IMG/VR virus record: IMGVR_UViG_3300010052_000006 | Span: 1 to 43,985 of that record | From: a virus | Lineage: Duplodnaviria; Caudoviricetes | Strand: one strand, 5' to 3' | Length of the DNA stretch: 43,985 bases | Notes under the pieces: model-generated | Told to the model about the DNA's origin: nothing | The model's input: only the letters and a program-made list of their open reading frames with translations | Databases searched by the model: none | In this document: in pieces, positions 17,647 to 26,666 of the stretch | Numbering within the stretch: the first letter of the stretch is position 1 | Layout of the letters: every line of letters starts with the position of its first letter | Position numbers and translations under genes: made by a program

Positions 17647-18348
17647 TCAGGGCGTGATCGAGATCGGATAGGCGATCGAGTCAGCGCCGCGCGACAGGCG
17701 CGACGAGCCGATGCGCAGAACGCGCGCGCCCTTGTCGGCGGTGATCAGCTTCTCCTTTGCGTCCTCATAATCCTGCTGCTCCTGGGCATAGGGCAGCTTC
17801 TTCATGGATTTCCAGCGCCAGATCAGGCAGAGCTTGAGAAGTTCCTCGGAAAGGCGGAAATCGTCGGTGTCGAGCGTGAAGGCGGTCTTCGTAACCCCAC
17901 CACCTGTTGCCTGTGCCCACTTGCTGGACATGTAGTAGTATTTCACCAATTCGCCCGTCGCCGGGGCGGGCTTGATGTTGATCTGATTGCCGGCCAGCAT
18001 CCAGGCGCCGATCACGAAACTGAACTGGCGGATGTCGAGCTCAAGCCATTTATCGGTCGAGACGATATGCGTCAGGTTCGAGATGTAGCGGGATGACCAC
18101 AGCTTGGTGTCCTTCAGCATCCGGTCGTAATCGGCGGGTAGCGCAAAGGTCGTGGCCACGCCATTGCCGGTTATGGTGGCAAGCGTTTTCAGCGCCTGCC
18201 ACTCATAATCCTTGGCGATATAGTCGGCGCATGTGTTCGCCAGCACCTGCAATTCGACATGCTCGCGATCGGTCGATGAGAACAGCGCGGTCGGCTGTGC
18301 CAGCGCGATCGAGGCGCATGCGTTTTTGACGGTGCTGAGGATCGTCAT
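17647..18348 (-). CDS. Head-tail adaptor protein
   Basis: MTILS.V..A..Y.W..L..LPADY pattern and position. Confidence 0.7.
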   Translation of the reverse strand: MTILSTVKNACASIALAQPTALFSSTDREHVELQVLANTCADYIAKDYEWQALKTLATITGNGVATTFALPADYDRMLKDTKLWSSRYISNLTHIVSTDKWLELDIRQFSFVIGAWMLAGNQINIKPAPATGELVKYYYMSSKWAQATGGGVTKTAFTLDTDDFRLSEELLKLCLIWRWKSMKKLPYAQEQQDYEDAKEKLITADKGARVLRIGSSRLSRGADSIAYPISITP

Positions 18349-18959
18349 CAGGCAGCCTCAGCCTGCTTGGGCGGACGGCCAGGGCCACGGCGCGGCGCTT
18401 CCGGCGGCGGCTGTGGCGTCTGTGACGCCTTCAGCATTTCCTCAAGCGCTTCCATACGCTCGCGCAAGGCCGCATTCTCGGCCGCCAGATGCGCGACCGG
18501 TGCCTTGGCCTTGGCGTCGTCGATATAGGCCTGCGCCTTGTTCTTCAGGTCGCGGCCATACATGCCGAGACGCTGAAGGTTCGTTCCGTCGAGTTGCGCA
18601 AGGCCTTCCGCCGTGTGGATATTGAGCGCCTTCAATTCGGCGCGCTTCGCTGCCGTGATGAAGGGCAGTTCGGCGATGGGCGTTCCCTCGCCCAGCGCGG
18701 CCTGCCCGGTCTTGAACGCCTCGTAATGGCGGTGATAGGCCTCGGCATAGCTGATCCATGCGCCGGTCTCACGGTCGCGCATGAATTTGTCATGCGCCGG
18801 AGCGACAAGCTCCTTCTTCGGATCGCCGACAAATTTGATGCGGACCATTTCACGGTCCTCGAAGATCGGCCGGCCCTCGGCCTCCGACTTCTTCACGTTC
18901 TCGACGGGGTCAATGAAAAATTCAATGTGCAGGTGCCGGGTGGCTTCCGGGTCGAGCAT
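18348..18959 (-). CDS. Morphogenesis-region protein with C-terminal coiled coil and RGPGRPPK (AT-hook-like)
   Basis: AAGGA SD; SEAEGRPIF..GTPIAELPF..NIHTAEGLA. Confidence 0.7.
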   Translation of the reverse strand: MLDPEATRHLHIEFFIDPVENVKKSEAEGRPIFEDREMVRIKFVGDPKKELVAPAHDKFMRDRETGAWISYAEAYHRHYEAFKTGQAALGEGTPIAELPFITAAKRAELKALNIHTAEGLAQLDGTNLQRLGMYGRDLKNKAQAYIDDAKAKAPVAHLAAENAALRERMEALEEMLKASQTPQPPPEAPRRGPGRPPKQAEAA

Positions 18960-18987
18960 GGCATGTCCTTTTCTGAGAGGGTGCGGG

Positions 18988-20673
18988 TTAGGCGGGCAGT
19001 GTTCCGAGCGGCCCTGAATATGGCCCGAGCGGGTTCACCGGGTAGTAGGTGCCGCCCTGAGAGGCGGATTGCTGTTGCTTTTTCCGTGCAAGCTCCTTCG
19101 CAATGCGCCGGAACATGCTCGATCCGGCGTTGCCGCCGCGCACCGGGTTGAAGCCGAAATCGGCAAGCCCGATCGGGGCGGGTGGCGCCGGACCTGCAAC
19201 GGGGTCGATTTGCGCCATGCCGTTGCCGGGGATGCCGGCGAAGGAGCGCGGTGGGTTGCTGTATGTGGCCGGCGCCGGGCCGCCCAAAGGAAGCCCCGGC
19301 CTGCCCGCAACGCGACTGGTGAAGCCTTGCAGCGCCTCAGGTCTTCCAGCGATGCGGCTGTTGAAGCTCGCCGGGACACCGGGACGGCTTTCGACGCGGC
19401 TGACGAAATTCTGCGGCGGCTCGGGCCGAGCGGTGACCTGGCTGGCGAAACCGGGGCGCGCTTCCGGCCGGGCCGGGAAATTGTCGGTGACCGGGGCGCC
19501 GGGAAATGCTCCGGCATATTCGGGACGGCTGGCAATTCTGCTGGTGAAATTCTGTTGAGGTGCCGGCCTGCCGGCAATCGTGGTTTCGGCCGGAAGGCGG
19601 TCCTGATATTTCGCGGCGGCGGGAAAAGCGCCGCCGATCTCGATCGGCCGCGACGGAAAAGCGCTGCGCAGGCCCCCGGTCAAGCCGGCTTGCTCCTCAA
19701 GCGAGGCCGGTATGGGTTGCGCCCGCGCCATGGCGAAGCTTTCTGGCTTGTCGCGCGGGATCGGCGCGCGTGAAGCGGTCACGCTCTCAGGCATGCTCGG
19801 ATTGACGCCCTGGCTGATCCTGGCATTCGAGGCGGCGACGGCCGAAGGGCCGAACCCCTTGTCAGGGTTGCTGAAGGCGTGCGGCCCGAACTGGCGCGCA
19901 TTGCGACCCCATGACGGGTTGGAAACGTCCGGATTATGATAATTTGTTGCGGTGCGCACGAAGTCGGGCAGCGCCGGACCTGTGCCGGTCAATTCCCCGG
20001 TGAGCGAGGCAAGACCCGCGTTATAGGCAGGCGTTCCGAATTTCGCCGACTGGAAGGCGGAATTGCCGAGCGGGCCGACCCCGGCCTTGGCCAGTGCCTT
20101 GCCGCGCCCGAAGCCATAGCCATAGCCCGATGCGTCATAGCCAGCCAGGACGCCCTCGATCGAGCCTCTATAGCGGCCGTAATTCTGCGCCAGTCCCATG
20201 CGGTTGAGCACATTGCGCGAGACTGCCGCCAGATTTTCCGGCGTGTCGTAGCGGTTGCCCAACTCGCCGAACGCCGTCTTAGCAATCTCCGAAGCCGCGA
20301 CGATGCCGCGCGCCGTGCCGACGCCGAAGTCACGGCCGATCCTGGCCCCGGCCTCGACCACGGCGCGGTCGGTGCGGTTCAGGCCGGCGAGCGAATTGTT
20401 GAGTCCGGTACTCTGGAAGCCGCCAGTATTGCCGTTACCTCCGCCATAGCCGCCCGGGCCCGTTGCGGCGTTCGCCGAGCGAGATCCCATGCTGCCGCCG
20501 GACGAGCCGCCATAGCCGGCAGGCCCCGTCGCCGCATTGGCGGAACGCGAGCCCATGCTCGATGAGCCGCCGTAATTGCCCGGACCTGTCGCGGCATTGG
20601 CCGACCGCGACCCCATGGCCGAGCTGGTGCCGGTCGTCTTGTTGGTCCCCATATTGGGGTTGCCGCTGGGCAT
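18988..20673 (-). CDS. Repeat-rich protein with SleB/Hydrolase_2-like cell-wall hydrolase domain and C-terminal TYYPVNPLGP motif
   Basis: AKTAFGE..AVSRNVLNR..ATNYHNP..PSW..FGPHAF; 3x MGSRSANAATGP; 5x F.S[RQ][IV]..RP. Confidence 0.75.
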   Translation of the reverse strand: MPSGNPNMGTNKTTGTSSAMGSRSANAATGPGNYGGSSSMGSRSANAATGPAGYGGSSGGSMGSRSANAATGPGGYGGGNGNTGGFQSTGLNNSLAGLNRTDRAVVEAGARIGRDFGVGTARGIVAASEIAKTAFGELGNRYDTPENLAAVSRNVLNRMGLAQNYGRYRGSIEGVLAGYDASGYGYGFGRGKALAKAGVGPLGNSAFQSAKFGTPAYNAGLASLTGELTGTGPALPDFVRTATNYHNPDVSNPSWGRNARQFGPHAFSNPDKGFGPSAVAASNARISQGVNPSMPESVTASRAPIPRDKPESFAMARAQPIPASLEEQAGLTGGLRSAFPSRPIEIGGAFPAAAKYQDRLPAETTIAGRPAPQQNFTSRIASRPEYAGAFPGAPVTDNFPARPEARPGFASQVTARPEPPQNFVSRVESRPGVPASFNSRIAGRPEALQGFTSRVAGRPGLPLGGPAPATYSNPPRSFAGIPGNGMAQIDPVAGPAPPAPIGLADFGFNPVRGGNAGSSMFRRIAKELARKKQQQSASQGGTYYPVNPLGPYSGPLGTLPA

Positions 20674-20674
20674 T

Positions 20675-21223
20675 TTACTGGCCCATCATCCGGTTGCCGC
20701 GATGGCCAGGCCACTGCGGCCACTGGCCTGGATACTGGCTCGGACGCGACTGGCGCCATGTCTGCGCCGCCGTCCTGAAATCGCCAACCGTCGTCGGCAT
20801 GGGTGCGCCGCCGCCGATCGTGCCCCAGCGCTGGGTCATGCGGTCCTGGCGCTGTTGCGGCAGCGCGCTGATGAGTGCGGCGGGATCGGAGCGTTGATAG
20901 CCGGCAGCGGGCGGTGCCGCGCCTGGCACTGGCGGATTGGCCGCCGTAGCCCCGCTATGCGGCCCCAGAGGATTGACCGGGTAATAGGTGCCGCCACCGG
21001 CGCCGGCCATGTTGCGCTGGCGCAGGGCATCGACGATGCCCCCCAGGCCAGATGAGGGGGCGGACGTGGCTGGCGTTCCGGGTGTCGCCGCCGGTTGGCC
21101 AGTGGGAAAATCGGCCGCTGTCGGGCCTGTGTAAGGGCCGAGCGGGTTGACCGGATAATAAGTCTTGCCCGGCGCCGACGCGGGCGCGCGATTACCGCCA
21201 TTGCCGATGTCGTCAAAGCGCAT
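20675..21223 (-). CDS. Pro/Ala/Gly-rich disordered protein with two TYYPVNPLGP motifs
   Basis: GGAGGT SD before ATG at 21223; motif shared with the next gene. Confidence 0.75.
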   Translation of the reverse strand: MRFDDIGNGGNRAPASAPGKTYYPVNPLGPYTGPTAADFPTGQPAATPGTPATSAPSSGLGGIVDALRQRNMAGAGGGTYYPVNPLGPHSGATAANPPVPGAAPPAAGYQRSDPAALISALPQQRQDRMTQRWGTIGGGAPMPTTVGDFRTAAQTWRQSRPSQYPGQWPQWPGHRGNRMMGQ

Positions 21224-21251
21224 GGAGGAACCTCCATTGAACGGACGTGGA

Positions 21252-21279
21252 CAACGGGCGAGCCGAAGCCCGCCCGTTG
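21252..21279 (-). terminator. Stable cUUCGg hairpin after the capsid genes (attenuator or stabiliser)
   Basis: CAACGGGCGGGC-TTCG-GCTCGCCCGTTG; no strong U-tract. Confidence 0.6.
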
Positions 21280-21291
21280 CTGATTTTTCGT

Positions 21292-21585
21292 TTAGATGAC
21301 GTTGCTTTCGACCCAAGCGCGGTCGGTCGCGACCATTGCGCCTGCGCGCGTGGTCCATGCACCGACGCCGGCCGCAACAGTCATCGCGGGCTCGGTCAGG
21401 ATCACCGCCGTATTGTCGGCAATGACGCCGGAAGCCTCGGCCAGAATATACATCCGGCCATTCTGACCCCGCATAACAGTCCCCAGAGCGGGGAGGCTCT
21501 TATACAGGAAGTTGTCAGCCGACGTGAACACCTTACTGGTGTCCACGCCGAGGGAAGGCGTGATGTTTTTGGAAGGATTCGACAT
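21292..21585 (-). CDS. Probable capsid decoration/cement protein
   Basis: 97-aa beta-rich ORF right after the MCP, GAGGAG SD. Confidence 0.6.
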   Translation of the reverse strand: MSNPSKNITPSLGVDTSKVFTSADNFLYKSLPALGTVMRGQNGRMYILAEASGVIADNTAVILTEPAMTVAAGVGAWTTRAGAMVATDRAWVESNVI

Positions 21586-21600
21586 TGTTTCATTCTCCTC

Positions 21601-22599
21601 TTACGGCACCGAATCGAAGAGCTTGACCATGTGCAACGGGTTGTTCATGGTGAGCTCACCGAAGAACCCGATATGCTGCACGATGGCGTCCTGATTGATC
21701 GGCGCCTGCTTGCCGCCGAACTTCACGAAGTTGCGGTCCGGGTGATAGCGGAACTTCAGCGCCGTCGTGTCGATAAAGTAGGTGGTGTTGGTCGGCATGG
21801 CGGAGCCGATGCCACCTTCCAGAACCACATCGACCGACTTGCCGCCGCCATAGTATTTCAGCGCCGTGAAGCCGAGCTTGCCGAGCTCGTTTTCGTCGTT
21901 GATGCGCTGGATCGCCACGGTCGCGGCCGAGAAGGCGTTGTAGTGCTCGCTCGCCGACAGGATGAGGTTCGGCCCCTTGTTGGCGCGCGAGCGGGCCACC
22001 ATGATCTGGTCGAAGATCGACTTGATCGTGGTGCTCGTCACTCCGGTAATGCCGACGAAGGCCGAATTGGCATCATAAGCGGTCGTCTGCCAGATGGCAT
22101 TGGACCGGGCGATGCCGCCATAGGAGCCCGCTGACGGCGTGGTCGGAATGACCATCTGAAGCCCGCCGATCTGGTTGGCCGCGGCGCCTGCACTGTGCAG
22201 GTCTTCCACGAAGCGGTCGGTCAGCTCCGTTTCAGCCGCAGACATATGCTCTTCCATGATGTCCTTGAGCTGTGCCGTGCCCGAGTTCTTCAGGATGTCC
22301 TCACCCGACAGCGTGACGGACACGGCCGCCTGCTTCGGAGTGAACTCGGCATCGTTGAAGAGTTCGGCCGGCTGCGGATTGAGGAACTGATAGCCGGAAT
22401 AGCGGGTATAGGTCCCGCTCTCGTTGTAGAGCAGACGCTCGCGGATCGTCGGACCCGAAAACGTCTTGAACTGGTTGCGCTTCTTCATGGTGAAGAGCAG
22501 CGCATTGGAGTTCGACACAAGGTCGGCATAACCCTGAGACCGATCCTCCAACGCCAGTGAAAACGCCTCTTGCAGGCGTTCATTGGTGTTCAGTGGCAT
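21601..22599 (-). CDS. Major capsid protein
   Basis: 332 aa after the scaffold, AAGGAG SD, strongly biased codons. Confidence 0.85.
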   Translation of the reverse strand: MPLNTNERLQEAFSLALEDRSQGYADLVSNSNALLFTMKKRNQFKTFSGPTIRERLLYNESGTYTRYSGYQFLNPQPAELFNDAEFTPKQAAVSVTLSGEDILKNSGTAQLKDIMEEHMSAAETELTDRFVEDLHSAGAAANQIGGLQMVIPTTPSAGSYGGIARSNAIWQTTAYDANSAFVGITGVTSTTIKSIFDQIMVARSRANKGPNLILSASEHYNAFSAATVAIQRINDENELGKLGFTALKYYGGGKSVDVVLEGGIGSAMPTNTTYFIDTTALKFRYHPDRNFVKFGGKQAPINQDAIVQHIGFFGELTMNNPLHMVKLFDSVP

Positions 22600-22630
22600 T
22601 TGGGTATCTCCTTAATGCCTGATTGGGGGA

Positions 22631-23791
22631 TCACCCGAGGCCGAGCGACGCAAAGGCGCGGTCGACGCTTTCCCGGGCGGTTGAAGGGGCCTTGCGGTTC
22701 ACCGGGTTTGAGCCGGATGACGGGGCGCCTGTGATGGAGAGTTGGCCTTTGCGGGTCTGATCCGCATTGGGTTTTGCCACTGTGACGTTTGAGGTCTGTA
22801 CAGCGGGTTGAGCGCCTGTTGCGTCGGGTTTGAGCCGATCCGCAATCTCGTAAGCGCTCGGGAGATCGTCAGCCATGCCCGACTTGATGATACGGGACAC
22901 GGTGTCGGCGAATTTATCATCCTGAAGACGGGGGTGCTCCTTGGCGAAATCCTCCACCATCTTTTCGGTTGTGTTCATATGCTCGGCCTGCGATGCGGCC
23001 TGGAAAGCGTCAAGCTGGCGTTGCTGCATCGTGACGGCGCGCTGCAAATCGCGAATGACCGCATCGGCCTCTGCCGTCGCATGGTCGGCCGGCTGGCCCA
23101 GGATCTGCGCGGCCCAGTCGCGCGGGCTGATGCCGGCATGCTGAAATAGATGCTCGATGGCGGCGAATTTCTGGTTCGGATCGTTCGAGATCAGCGCGCG
23201 GTCGATGCCGATATATTGCTCAAGCGCCCTGTCGATCGTGATGCCGTGCTGCTCCGCCAGCGCGAAATATGGCTTCAGCGGCTCGAAATCCCGCTGATAT
23301 TGGGCAAGGCCGGATTCGAGCTCTTGCACGGTGCGGCCAAACTGTTCCTTGACGACATCGGGCACGTCCTTCCATGCGGCCTTGGCATCGGCGGAGAAGC
23401 GCGGCGGCGGCTCAAAGGCTGTAGCCCCAGGCTCCTGCCCTGCCGATGCCTTGGCCCCCGGCTGCGGTGGAGCGACCTCGCCGGGAAGCGGTTGCGCCTT
23501 GACGAAGCGGCCCTGGTCGTCGCGGTCGCGCTCGCCTGTATTGACGGATGGCGCGGGCTTTTCCGTCGCCGCCTTCTGCGGTTTCGCTTCGGGCGACTGC
23601 TCGGCCATGTCGAGCGCGGCAAAGGCGCGGTCGATCGAGGCGCGGGCCGGCTCCTTGGCCTTAAGGGCTGGCGGAATTGATTCACCGTCCTGAACGGGCT
23701 GCGAGCCTGACCGTTCCTGTACGGCGGGCTCGGCTTGCGGCTGCGCAACGGGTTCGGCTGCGGCGGGTGCCACTCCGGCTTCATCGGTCAT
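22631..23791 (-). CDS. Scaffolding protein
   Basis: Disordered N-terminus, RDDQGRF motif, helical core, position upstream of the MCP. Confidence 0.75.
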   Translation of the reverse strand: MTDEAGVAPAAAEPVAQPQAEPAVQERSGSQPVQDGESIPPALKAKEPARASIDRAFAALDMAEQSPEAKPQKAATEKPAPSVNTGERDRDDQGRFVKAQPLPGEVAPPQPGAKASAGQEPGATAFEPPPRFSADAKAAWKDVPDVVKEQFGRTVQELESGLAQYQRDFEPLKPYFALAEQHGITIDRALEQYIGIDRALISNDPNQKFAAIEHLFQHAGISPRDWAAQILGQPADHATAEADAVIRDLQRAVTMQQRQLDAFQAASQAEHMNTTEKMVEDFAKEHPRLQDDKFADTVSRIIKSGMADDLPSAYEIADRLKPDATGAQPAVQTSNVTVAKPNADQTRKGQLSITGAPSSGSNPVNRKAPSTARESVDRAFASLGLG

Positions 23792-23817
23792 GCTATTGCC
23801 TTTCTGAGAGGCTGCGA

Positions 23818-24114
23818 TTAGGCGCCAAATCCGGCGCGGGAAAATGCCTTGTTTACTGCGGCTTTTATCTCTTTTCTGTCTGGCTTGGGCTTCTTGAACG
23901 GCTTCGGATTGATGATCGAACTATCATTGCCGACTTCGGTCATTCCGAGCCGCTTGTATTCGGCGCGGATGGCGCGCTTGCTTGTGTACCACTCGCCCGA
24001 CGCCATCGACTGCACCGGCTCCATGCTGTCGGCGATCACCATGGGGCAGCCATGCACCGAGCGCGCATGCAGCGCCGGCTCAGGCGCGTGCGAGATGCGA
24101 TAGATGACGGTCAT
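23818..24114 (-). CDS. Small head-region protein
   Basis: SM.SGEWYTSKR..R..YKR.G..EVGND; TGATG coupling. Confidence 0.65.
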   Translation of the reverse strand: MTVIYRISHAPEPALHARSVHGCPMVIADSMEPVQSMASGEWYTSKRAIRAEYKRLGMTEVGNDSSIINPKPFKKPKPDRKEIKAAVNKAFSRAGFGA

Positions 24115-24557
24115 CAGGCGCGGAAGCCCCATGCCACGGCGGCCGCATTGGTGTTGCCGACACCGCCGGCCGGAAGCGTGACCACGATAGCCGTGTTGAC
24201 GGCGGAGGCCGGCAAAGGCGGATCGAAGGTCATGGCTAGCGGCGCAGCTCCAACCGCGGCGCCAGTCGGAAATGCGAAGTTGAACGTCTGCGTTCCGCCA
24301 AGCAGGCCTGCAATGGTCGCATTGACGATTGCGCCCGCCGTCGCACCGCCAGCGGTAAGCAAAAGCCCGGCGATATAGGCGGTCGTCGTCGCCGTGGGCG
24401 TCAGGGTTGCAACCGCCGCCGCATTCGCCACATTGCCGGAGCCGGCAATCAGCGCCGTCGCGCCATTCGGATATACGGTCGATGCGACAACCGATGGATT
24501 CGCCGCGCTGCCTATGATGGCATTGGCTTCATTGACGGGAGTGACGGGGGTTGCCAT
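24114..24557 (-). CDS. Ala/Thr/Gly-rich beta protein, possible minor virion component
   Basis: 147 aa directly after the portal. Confidence 0.65.
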   Translation of the reverse strand: MATPVTPVNEANAIIGSAANPSVVASTVYPNGATALIAGSGNVANAAAVATLTPTATTTAYIAGLLLTAGGATAGAIVNATIAGLLGGTQTFNFAFPTGAAVGAAPLAMTFDPPLPASAVNTAIVVTLPAGGVGNTNAAAVAWGFRA

Positions 24558-26666
24558 TTACTGCTGTCTCCTGTTGCCGCCGAGCGCCGCGCGCTGGCTC
24601 TGCTGGATCATGCCCTGCCGGTGCTGGATCGCACTCTGCTGCGTCTTCTGCGCGAATTGCTGCTGCTGGAGCGCCATGCCCTCGCGCTTGACGGCGAGAT
24701 TGCCCTGCGCCTCCTGAAGCTTGATCTCGCCCAGCTTCTGCGCGGTCTGCAACTTGATCTCGCCCTCTTTCTGCTTCATCTCCATTTCGGCCTGCGCCGG
24801 GTCAGGCTGCGGATTCTGCATCTGCTGTTGCGCCTGGCCCGTCACCGCCTCGCCGAACTGCTCGATAGCCTGATCCAGCGACTTGCCGGCGCGGTACGGC
24901 GCCACGGCGAATTTAATTATCTCGACCGCGAACGGCGCCGCCGCCGGCATCATCTGCACAAGCGGGACGAGCTGCTGCATCGTGCCGCCGAGTGCGGTCA
25001 GAAATTCCGCCCGTTTTTCCTTCTCGGCATTTTCATCGGGCTGGATGGTTGAATCCGTCTCGATTTCCAGGATGAACGGGCGCAAGCGCTGCTCACGAAG
25101 CAGAGTCACGCATTTATCGACCGTCACGGTCTGCTCAAGCTGCGCTATCTGCTGTTCGGCCTGCTGCTTCAACTGATCGAGCTGCTGCATCCCTTGCGGG
25201 TCTTGCGCCATCATCTGCACTTGCGGATCGGCGGCCATCGCTTGAGCCTGCTGGGTGATCTGCTGGATCTGGCCCTGGATGTCCTGGTCGGTGGGTAAAT
25301 CCATCTGCGACATGGCCATCAGCGTTTCGGGGTTGAAATTCTCCGCCATGATCTCAGCCGCGATGCGCGTCATGTCGCGGGCAAAGCGGATCATTTCGGC
25401 CTGCCGGTCGCGGATGCGGATCGAACCATACTGGCTCTTGAGCTCCTGCGCCGCCGCGGTCTCGTCCGGGTCCGTCGCGCCGCGCATGATGTCGCTCAGG
25501 CCAGTGATCTGGTAAACATCATCGATGAGCTGGCGCCTCAGAAGCACAAGCTCCTTGATCGTGTTGGCGATCTCGACAACCGGCAACCATATGATGCTGT
25601 CCTTAAGCGCCGTGCCGCCGAGCGCTGCAAAATTCGCAACCGGAACCAATATCGCGTTCTGGTCGCGCTGCTTGATCGCCGTTTCGACCGCTTCGGCCAG
25701 GTCGCCCGAGCCTGACGGATAGAAGCCCTTCATGCGCAGCGCTTCGGCCAATGCCGAGATGCGCGCCGTCAGCTCGTTGATTTCCTCGAGCTGGTCCTTG
25801 TAATAGACAAAATCCGGCACCGGGATGAGCTTGCGGCGCTCGGTCGTGGTGTAAGCGGGCTTTGGGCAGGGATAGAAGTTTTCGAGCTGGAGGAAGGGCG
25901 GCTGGATGTCGAGCACGTCTTCAAGGCCCTCGGCAACCCAGACGACAAGCTTTTTCGTCTTGCTCCAGATTTCCCAGACTTCGCCCTTCTTCTCGCCCTG
26001 GTAATCCGGCGCCTCGGTCTCGCCGGTCAGCTCCTTGCGGCTCTTGAGATTGACCTTGAGATATTCATCGCCGAAGCGCTGCAGGCCCTGGTCGCGGGTC
26101 AGCCAGGCGCGCTTGGCCACCCAGCCGACTTCTTGCCATTTGCGGGCGGGCTCATGAAGGAAATCGCTGCGGTCCAGATGGTCGAAACAGACCCGCTCGC
26201 CCTCGGTGTCGCCGTAATTCTCGTAGCGCAGCCATGCCGCGCCGCGCGCCGACGTGACAAAATCGTCACGGACCTGCAGCATGACGCTGTCGATGTCCTT
26301 GGCCTCGAAATTGACGATCAGCGCGCGCTCCAGCATTTCCGACGCTTCGCGCGGCACCGGCTTGCGGTCCTTGAAGCGCGGCACGACGACCGGAACCGGC
26401 GGTCTGGAATAGATCGAGGGTTTCAGAATTTCCAGATTGGCCCAGAACATCTGGAATTCGCGATCACCGCCATCGCCCGCCATGTTCTTGAGATCGGCAT
26501 AGAGCTTGTCAATCGAGTCGCACTTGTCCTGCCAGAACTGGAAATAGGCCTTGGCATCCTTGATGGCTTCGAGCCACGGACGGGCGGCGCGATCCGGACC
26601 GCTCGCCTGGTCCGGCGCTGTGCCGGTATCGGCCGGGTCCGTGTCGTTGTCGCGAGTGTCGTTCAT
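24558..26666 (-). CDS. Portal protein with Gln-rich C-terminal helical extension
   Basis: 702 aa after TerL; YQITGLSDIMRG..ETA.AQ motif. Confidence 0.88.
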   Translation of the reverse strand: MNDTRDNDTDPADTGTAPDQASGPDRAARPWLEAIKDAKAYFQFWQDKCDSIDKLYADLKNMAGDGGDREFQMFWANLEILKPSIYSRPPVPVVVPRFKDRKPVPREASEMLERALIVNFEAKDIDSVMLQVRDDFVTSARGAAWLRYENYGDTEGERVCFDHLDRSDFLHEPARKWQEVGWVAKRAWLTRDQGLQRFGDEYLKVNLKSRKELTGETEAPDYQGEKKGEVWEIWSKTKKLVVWVAEGLEDVLDIQPPFLQLENFYPCPKPAYTTTERRKLIPVPDFVYYKDQLEEINELTARISALAEALRMKGFYPSGSGDLAEAVETAIKQRDQNAILVPVANFAALGGTALKDSIIWLPVVEIANTIKELVLLRRQLIDDVYQITGLSDIMRGATDPDETAAAQELKSQYGSIRIRDRQAEMIRFARDMTRIAAEIMAENFNPETLMAMSQMDLPTDQDIQGQIQQITQQAQAMAADPQVQMMAQDPQGMQQLDQLKQQAEQQIAQLEQTVTVDKCVTLLREQRLRPFILEIETDSTIQPDENAEKEKRAEFLTALGGTMQQLVPLVQMMPAAAPFAVEIIKFAVAPYRAGKSLDQAIEQFGEAVTGQAQQQMQNPQPDPAQAEMEMKQKEGEIKLQTAQKLGEIKLQEAQGNLAVKREGMALQQQQFAQKTQQSAIQHRQGMIQQSQRAALGGNRRQQ

